Source: Bigelowiella natans CCMP2755 (Eukaryota; Protista; Cercozoa). Taken from it: a DNA stretch of 33,186 nt. A program made the position numbers and the translations under genes. Numbering within the stretch: position 1 is the stretch's first letter; each line of letters begins with the position of its first letter. This document shows positions 27,009 to 33,186 of the stretch, piece after piece. Under the pieces are notes generated by a model. The model had not been told where the DNA came from. It searched no databases and worked only from the letters and a program-made list of their open reading frames with translations. The stretch is from the NCBI GenBank assembly GCA_000320545.1, contig ADNK01000199.1, forward strand, positions 1-33,186. The letters are read 5' to 3'.

Positions 27009-27362
27009 ATATAACTATATTGATATAATATTGTGTGCACATGCCTACTACTCAATATTACTCACTTTAGTGAACCCTTTACATCTTCTATATGGAAGAT
27101 ATCTGAATATGACTCGAACATGCTCTCGGCACAGGTGGCGGTCAAGATTATAGAGGTTCCGGAAATCAAATCGATCCGGATTAGCCCCTTAGAGGGGATT
27201 GCGTACACGTCTCGATTCAAAGCATCTGCTTCTGTGATCATCTTAGATTTGAAATCCGCACCGGCTCTCACGTCTTTCTCATTCTACTCCCAAAATAGCA
27301 GCCAGTCAGATTTGAAAGTCCTATGTACGTTTTCTTTGTCCACAGGTTCTCTCTCTCTCTCT

Positions 27363-27411
<49 letters not shown>

Positions 27412-27521
27412 TCTCTTTCACTCTCCCTTTTGACTTTCACATCCTCAAGTTTGAGAAAAGACCCGAAGTGACTGCCTACTCGTATGTGTTTCTCTTCCTA
27501 CTCTCTCTTTCTCTTTCTCTC

Positions 27522-27571
<50 letters not shown>

Positions 27572-28069
27572 ACTCTCCCTCTTTCCCTACACTTGCAGAG
27601 TGCACATTCTCCTTGCCTCCAGGAAATCATAGCATTGTTGTCAAAGTCAAAGACAACATAGGCGGCGTTTCGCAGGCGCAATTTGGCCCCATTCTAGTAC
27701 GAGCTGCTATATTTCCAGATTTTGAGCCGCAGAGCGCTGCATGTACTCCAGCGTCTCGGGCAGTATTCACCCTCCGCAAAATGACCGAAGGCAGCTTTCC
27801 ATCAATTCAAGATGACAGCCTACTTGCTGGAGAGCAAGCTTCGGTTTGTAGGAGCCTCAACCTGACGTTGAATGTACTGTACAACCTCGAACGGATAAGT
27901 GACGTGCTAAATCTCGCCCGGATGGCTCTGGACACCATAGATTCTATTCCGATTGACAATACTCTCCTGTCGCAATGTGTTGACTATGCTGGAGTATTGG
28001 GGTCGGTTACAACAACGACTGGTGGATCCAAAGGGTGCTCATGATAATATACAGACGAAAATATAATAC

Positions 28070-28106
<37 letters not shown>

Positions 28107-28552
28107 GCGCGTGAGCGTGTGTGTGTGTGTGTTACATATGTTTTAGTGTGTATGCACACATGTACATATGCGCGTCACTCCAACATGTAAAATAAATTCT
28201 AAATGACCCTTATTCGTTTTTGTTCTTTCCTGTTATAGGTGTTCGAGCAATGCATCCTTAGTTACGCTATCTTCAGATTTATGGGGCATCGTAAGCACCT
28301 ATGTGGAAAGACTTGCATTCATTACTGATATTGCAGCAGGAGAAGAGAGCCTCATGGTAGCGGAAGTTATCAAGGAATCGGTCGAAGCTCAGTCCTTTCA
28401 AGGTCGGGGATGTAGCAGCTTTATAACTAGCCATGTTATTCAAGCACGAATACAATCAAGCTCTAAACAATTTCTTGGTCTTTCAGATACATAGCTGCTG
28501 CTTGTATACAGACACATACCCACGCGCGCGCGAAGCAATAGAGAAAGACACA

Positions 28553-28608
<56 letters not shown>

Positions 28609-31183
28609 TCAAAACTGCATCATGAAGTGGAAATGATTGATAAAAACGTTTGTGATATATAACTAAAATAACAAAACAACTATTGACACGTTTGAAAGAT
28701 GGGGTAAAAAGCACTGCCCAAGTAAAGCTCGTACTCGATGCGGTAGACTCGATCACAGTCAATGCAGAACCGTTAGAGCTTGCAGCGGATTTAGGCCGTA
28801 GGCTTGCTGATTCTTATGCAGCGATTTTAATGAAATCCGACTCAGCATTGGACTCGGTGTCTGAATTACCACCCTGCTCTGTCGGAGATCAATCAGTAGA
28901 TTCCATGGATTTGCTCCTGCAAAAGGCTGGGAAAACCTCCCCCCCTCAATCTAATGCTGGCGAGATTAAGTTCCGAACATCCAGTTTTAATGCGTCTACA
29001 AGTAGCGTGTTTGCAGATGAGGTTAGTACTTCTGGTGCATCATCTTCCGGATTGCACGTCTCCATTGGGTCCACATCGACGAAATCCTCCAGAATTGGAT
29101 ATCAGCGACCGAGGAATGTTCTCACTCTTCTTCAACTCCCTGCGGAATTGATTGCCCAATGCCGGCAGCAGACCATCAATACGGTGGTATTTGCGTCTGA
29201 CGTGGCCTCTGTCAACTTCTACAACTTGTCCGGCACTCGTTTGTTGTCCCGTAGTGGTTCTCACGATCACGATTCTGGTAGCAACGTCACCATTGCTCTA
29301 AGTTCAGAGAGAATGGCGGCGAACTGCGGACTCCGAAGGGTCTGCAGCTTTTGGGATCCCTTGCTACGGATATGGAACAGTGAGGGGTGCACGTACAACG
29401 GCACGGACCTTGATGGCCTCCACATCTGTGCTTGCAACCACCTCACTGAGTTTGCATTACTTGCCGACCAGATGAGTTGTTCCCCGGAGGAAAATGATGT
29501 CGAATCGGGGTACTGGGGATTGACGGGTGTGCTTTTAGCCATTGCATTAGCGGCCTTGCTGCAGCTTGCTAGACTGGCTCAAGGTGGTTTCAAGAAGATG
29601 AACGTAGTCTGGGTCCACATTTTTGTACTAGCTGTGGCTATAATCAGGGCTGTGAGCGTGTTGATGGTAAGCGACAAACAATTTACACTTGCCATAGTAG
29701 TGTGCTGTGCTGATATATGCTAGATTCAATTATTTTTAAAGGCAAAGTATGCATTAATTCCTCACCTTAGTTTCCTGCATCCCCCCTCTTTCTCTCACTC
29801 TCCCCCTCTTTTTCTCTGTAATTTCGCATATGTGTACCTAGGAGAGAGAGGTTGCGGGTGGAAGGAGGGGGGGGTAGTAGTAATGAGGGAAAGTTTTTAT
29901 GCTCAAGAACACAAACACTGTATCATCTAATGCAATGCCACACTCACACACAACCATACACAATCACACACACACACACACACACACAGACAGACAGACA
30001 GACACACACACACGCACAGGTTTCGCGGTTGATTGCTACTTTCGAGCAGAGCAGCATGCACTATGGCATTACGCTGGGTATAGTAGCCCTACCCTATATC
30101 TTGAGCTACTATCTATACAGCCTAATTTTGTTCCAGTGGGTGTGCTTGGTGCATAACTCACGACTTTCGAAAAATCCTTTTGAGAACTTCAAGAAGCGGT
30201 ATAGAGCGACTGCCACCTCCATGGGGGGGGGGATACTGGTTGTCGGGATCCTGTTTTTCGCAATAAATCTCCAGCCATGGATTGTAGCAAGCGTCATCGT
30301 CGGCCTCTCTCTAGTATTTATACTTGGATTTTTCATTTACGGGGTGACTCTTTCATCAATGGTATTAGAGAATCTAAGTGACAAACTAAAGGCTCAGAGA
30401 TTCGAGCGTATGGTTTACTGGATTACGGGGTCTATGTTCCTCAGCTGTTGTTGCAACCTGATAATGCTCGTCGGAAAGGAGATGTACATATTCTTACTCT
30501 TCTCTCTATGTTTAGATGCGTCTAGCCTTGCTGCGGTTCTCTACATGTTTAAAGATACCGTCCGTAAGATAGCTGGAAGTTCGGTTGAGAGCAGCAGCAG
30601 TAGAGGCATTGGGAGGAGGGTGTCACGTCGCAATGCCAGGAGATCAGGGGATACTCGTACCCAAGAGTCAATACCTATGGGGTTCATCAGTAGGCCTCGA
30701 GTGCAGATGTCCATCAGCAACACGAGAAACCTGCATTCCACTGCGGCCTACACCAGAGGCAGGATCTCATCGATAAACCAGCAGCGAGGAAGGATCATGT
30801 CGATAGATCAGCCGCGGCATCATTCCTACATGTTAGAACAATCGAAGTCATTATCAAGGCCGACAAGTCAGCTAGCCTCCTCGATATTAGGATCATCAGA
30901 GAATCGGAGATTGGTAGATGAGTCAACTCCAAGGGTGGGATCGGACGTCAAGCGAAGATTAACAAACACGGACTCTAATATTAGCTTTGCAAGTTCTCAT
31001 ATCTCGGTTCCTTCCACCACAAGCACGCGTAGAAGTGCAATCGACATGAAACCTCCTCTCCGCTCACCAATCATCATGGGATCCAGTGCCGCCCCAGGTG
31101 GAAGCACGTCAATCGTGAAAAATGCGTCCCTTGATACAGGCGAAGTTGAATCAGAGGAACAATGGAAAAACTATGCTATCTAG
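24029..31183 (+). CDS. Adhesion-GPCR/polycystin-like receptor: signal peptide, LamG/ConA-like domain, Pro/Ser/Thr stalk, REJ region, GAIN/GPS, 7 TM helices, Ser/Arg-rich tail
   Basis: Exons 24029-26038, 26236-26898, 27135-27345, 27599-28034, 28239-28402, 28699-29666, 30020-31183, phase-matched. LamG-like AWFKAD..STWTD..FFGKLSELIIYGRAL..VQSYL. REJ-like LDG..SHDPED..FQWAC, ISPLEG.A.TSRF and LPPG...IVVKVKDNIGG. GPS CSFWD....WNSEGC...CACNHLTEFALL. Seven hydrophobic segments follow. Confidence 0.88.
24830..25290 (+). repeat. Coding tandem repeat (about 108-bp/36-aa unit built of xxPS/xxPT tetrapeptides), mucin-like stalk
   Basis: STSSSPSTNPS(T/A)SPSCNP(I/T)LNPTFNPS(I/M)SPSLGP(S/A)I occurs twice plus a truncated third copy. 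Nucleotide units start near 24890, 24998 and 25106. Confidence 0.9.
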
Positions 31184-31389
31184 GAGGAGTGTTGCTTTTT
31201 GCACTATGACATTCAATGCTGCATGGCTTGCATTATCATCATTGTACAAAGAATAGACACACTTGTCACGATCATGCTGTGCGCATAATTATTCAAAATA
31301 TCTTGGAGTCTTAAAATGAAATTGTTTGCATTTTAATACTGCGACGACTTCATTTATTGCAGTATCATGCATACAGTGCTTTCGAAAAT

Positions 31390-31472
31390 GTTTAAAAAGT
31401 GACAGCAGCACATGTGCTTTATAGACAACGTAATATACTGTGTCTACTATGTGCTGCTGTCACTTTTTAAAC
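31390..31472. repeat. Perfect 24-bp inverted repeat (83-nt hairpin)
   Basis: gtttaaaaagtgacagcagcacat (31390-31413) is the exact reverse complement of atgtgctgctgtcactttttaaac (31449-31472). An inner tagaca/tgtcta pair extends the stem. Confidence 0.93.
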
Positions 31473-32078
31473 TTTTGTGTGTGCACATGTTTCACTTTCA
31501 ACATGTGACGGTTTGCATGATTATGCATTCCCCTCCCTTGAAAACATCCCCCAAGTTTGAGCATAAGCAATCCAACATGATGCTATGAGCGCAACACAAA
31601 GAACTCAATGTTTTGCATTTCTTGTGATGTCAAATTTTTAATTAATATGCTAGCGCAGTTTTGTAGTTTGATTTTGCAATTTTTGCTCATGACAAGCTAG
31701 CAAGTCCAGAAGATAACTAGATGCCTGAACGTAGTCGACCCGGTCATTTTCTCAATGATCTAGCTACGTACAGATGATGCAGCTATCAGCATCAATTTGA
31801 CAACTTGCATGCGCCTATGTGTTGCACACACACGCACACACTGATCTAGGTATGCATGCAAACCACGTAATCATCGATCATGTAGCATGCACTGGCCTGC
31901 GTACGTGCAATGCAATACACCTAGACAACATGTGTCTTTCATTTTGCTGAAACAAAGTAGTGCGTCATCGAACAAAACAGTGAGCGTACAAGCACAAAAC
32001 ATGCTAATGTTTGATCCCCTCCGCAGAGTAGGAGGCTATGATACCTCCTGTGTTGATTGTAACATCATCATCTGGGAA

Positions 32079-32603
32079 TCAAGGCGGAGGCTGAGTCGTG
32101 AAAAGAGTCGCCGCATACGCACCGAGGACTAAAGATGTAGTTGAATGTAATCATCAGGGAATGTGCAAGCGTGAACACGTACGTGCAAAATACTCACAAC
32201 CACGAGTTTGATGGATATTTACGCACTAACATTCCAGATGGGGATCTAGGCATTTGGGATATCATCATTCAACTTGAGTCACTTGTTCTCACTCCCCAGC
32301 TTACATACAAGTACTGTATTTCAAATAAACATTATCAACAACAACATCATCTTCATCCTACCAATGAAGTACATCCCCGCGAGCAGATACCCCTTTCTCC
32401 GATTCAACACGGCCTTATTCAGCCTTCAAGGCCATATGAACGACGGCAGCAGTGACAGCGACGAGGACAACAGTGATGAGGATGGTGACGATGATGAATA
32501 TGATAATGTAGACAATGATTCACATAGTAATTATTATATCTATATCAGCTATGGTGATAAATCACATGGTAACACGCATTCAAAACGCACACACGTACAG
32601 AGA

Positions 32604-32644
<41 letters not shown>

Positions 32645-33055
32645 GTGACGCCAAAATGAGCAACTGCCCCCCCCCTCCCCCTCTCCCCCGAACTCCTCTA
32701 AAGGCACCTTAATACTAGAGCAGAAGCAAGAAATAGGATGAATGAGTACGTGACTACACCGGCTTGGAATAACACAGCGATCTGAACCGTCATCTCATCA
32801 TCATCATCATTATCACAACCTCTGTCAACCTCCTCCTCCTCCTCCTCCTCATCTTCATCATATCTTGCAAGTTACTTGATCAAACCATAGTTACCACCGT
32901 CGCTACTACTGCTACTACTACTTCTACTACGGTCGTCATGAGGCATTAGTGATTGAGTGAGCGAACGAGGGGGGGGGGGGGGGGGGGACCTGCAAGGATG
33001 CATGATCGTCTATCATCACAGGAGCACCAACGGGATTGTGCATTGCCCAGGGCAT
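32079..33055 (-). CDS. 3' end of a probable CaCA-family (NCKX-like) cation/Ca2+ exchanger; 5' part lies beyond the window
   Basis: Exons 33055-32990 (MPWAMHNPVGAPVMIDDHASLQ), 32781-32708 (IAVLFQAGVVTYSFILFLASALVL) and 32423-32362 (RLNKAVLNRRKGYLLAGMYFI), phase-matched. These resemble the NCKX C-terminus (LPW...V.I...; L.RR.G..L...Y). The terminal exon is ambiguous (stop at 32279 or 32079). Alpha-repeat motifs are not in the window. Confidence 0.55.
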
Positions 33056-33086
33056 CTGTGTGTGTGTATTTAATAAGCGCGCGCGC

Positions 33087-33156
<70 letters not shown>

Positions 33157-33186
33157 GTGTATGTGTGTGTGTGTGTGTGTGTGTGA

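Noticed and set aside
32141-32455. 104-aa plus-strand ORF
   Set aside because: It overlaps better-supported minus-strand exchanger-like exons and has no true ATG or motif.
1707-33055. Ca2+/carbonate gene cluster (CA-like, EF-TMEM65, polycystin-like receptor, NCKX-like)
   Set aside because: The genes have different predicted compartments and are interspersed with unrelated genes. Chance is likely without synteny or co-expression data.

Overview
Eukaryotic nuclear DNA from an intron-rich, microsatellite-laden protist. A chlorarachniophyte/rhizarian origin is only a guess from style. Most supplied ORFs are translations of intronic repeats, so the real genes were spliced by hand using GT-AG sites and phase continuity. 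About eight genes emerge: (1) a partial minus-strand coiled-coil/membrane hypothetical; (2) an alpha-carbonic-anhydrase-like domain with a signal peptide and two of three Zn-ligand His replaced (H94E, H119Q), apparently spliced in frame via a His-rich linker to a DUF1622 membrane domain (best novelty candidate); (3) a minus-strand hypothetical; (4) a TMEM65 homologue with an EF-hand that lacks the conserved GNxxSD segment as assembled; (5) a TULIP/BPI-like (HAM1-like) lipid-transfer protein; (6) a minus-strand hypothetical; (7) a large LamG-mucin-REJ-GAIN/GPS-7TM receptor; (8) the 3' end of a probable CaCA/NCKX-type exchanger. Non-coding features are a dispersed repeat shared by two convergent intergenic regions, a 24-bp-arm hairpin and a small palindromic repeat array. 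All gene models and family calls are manual and unverified by search.
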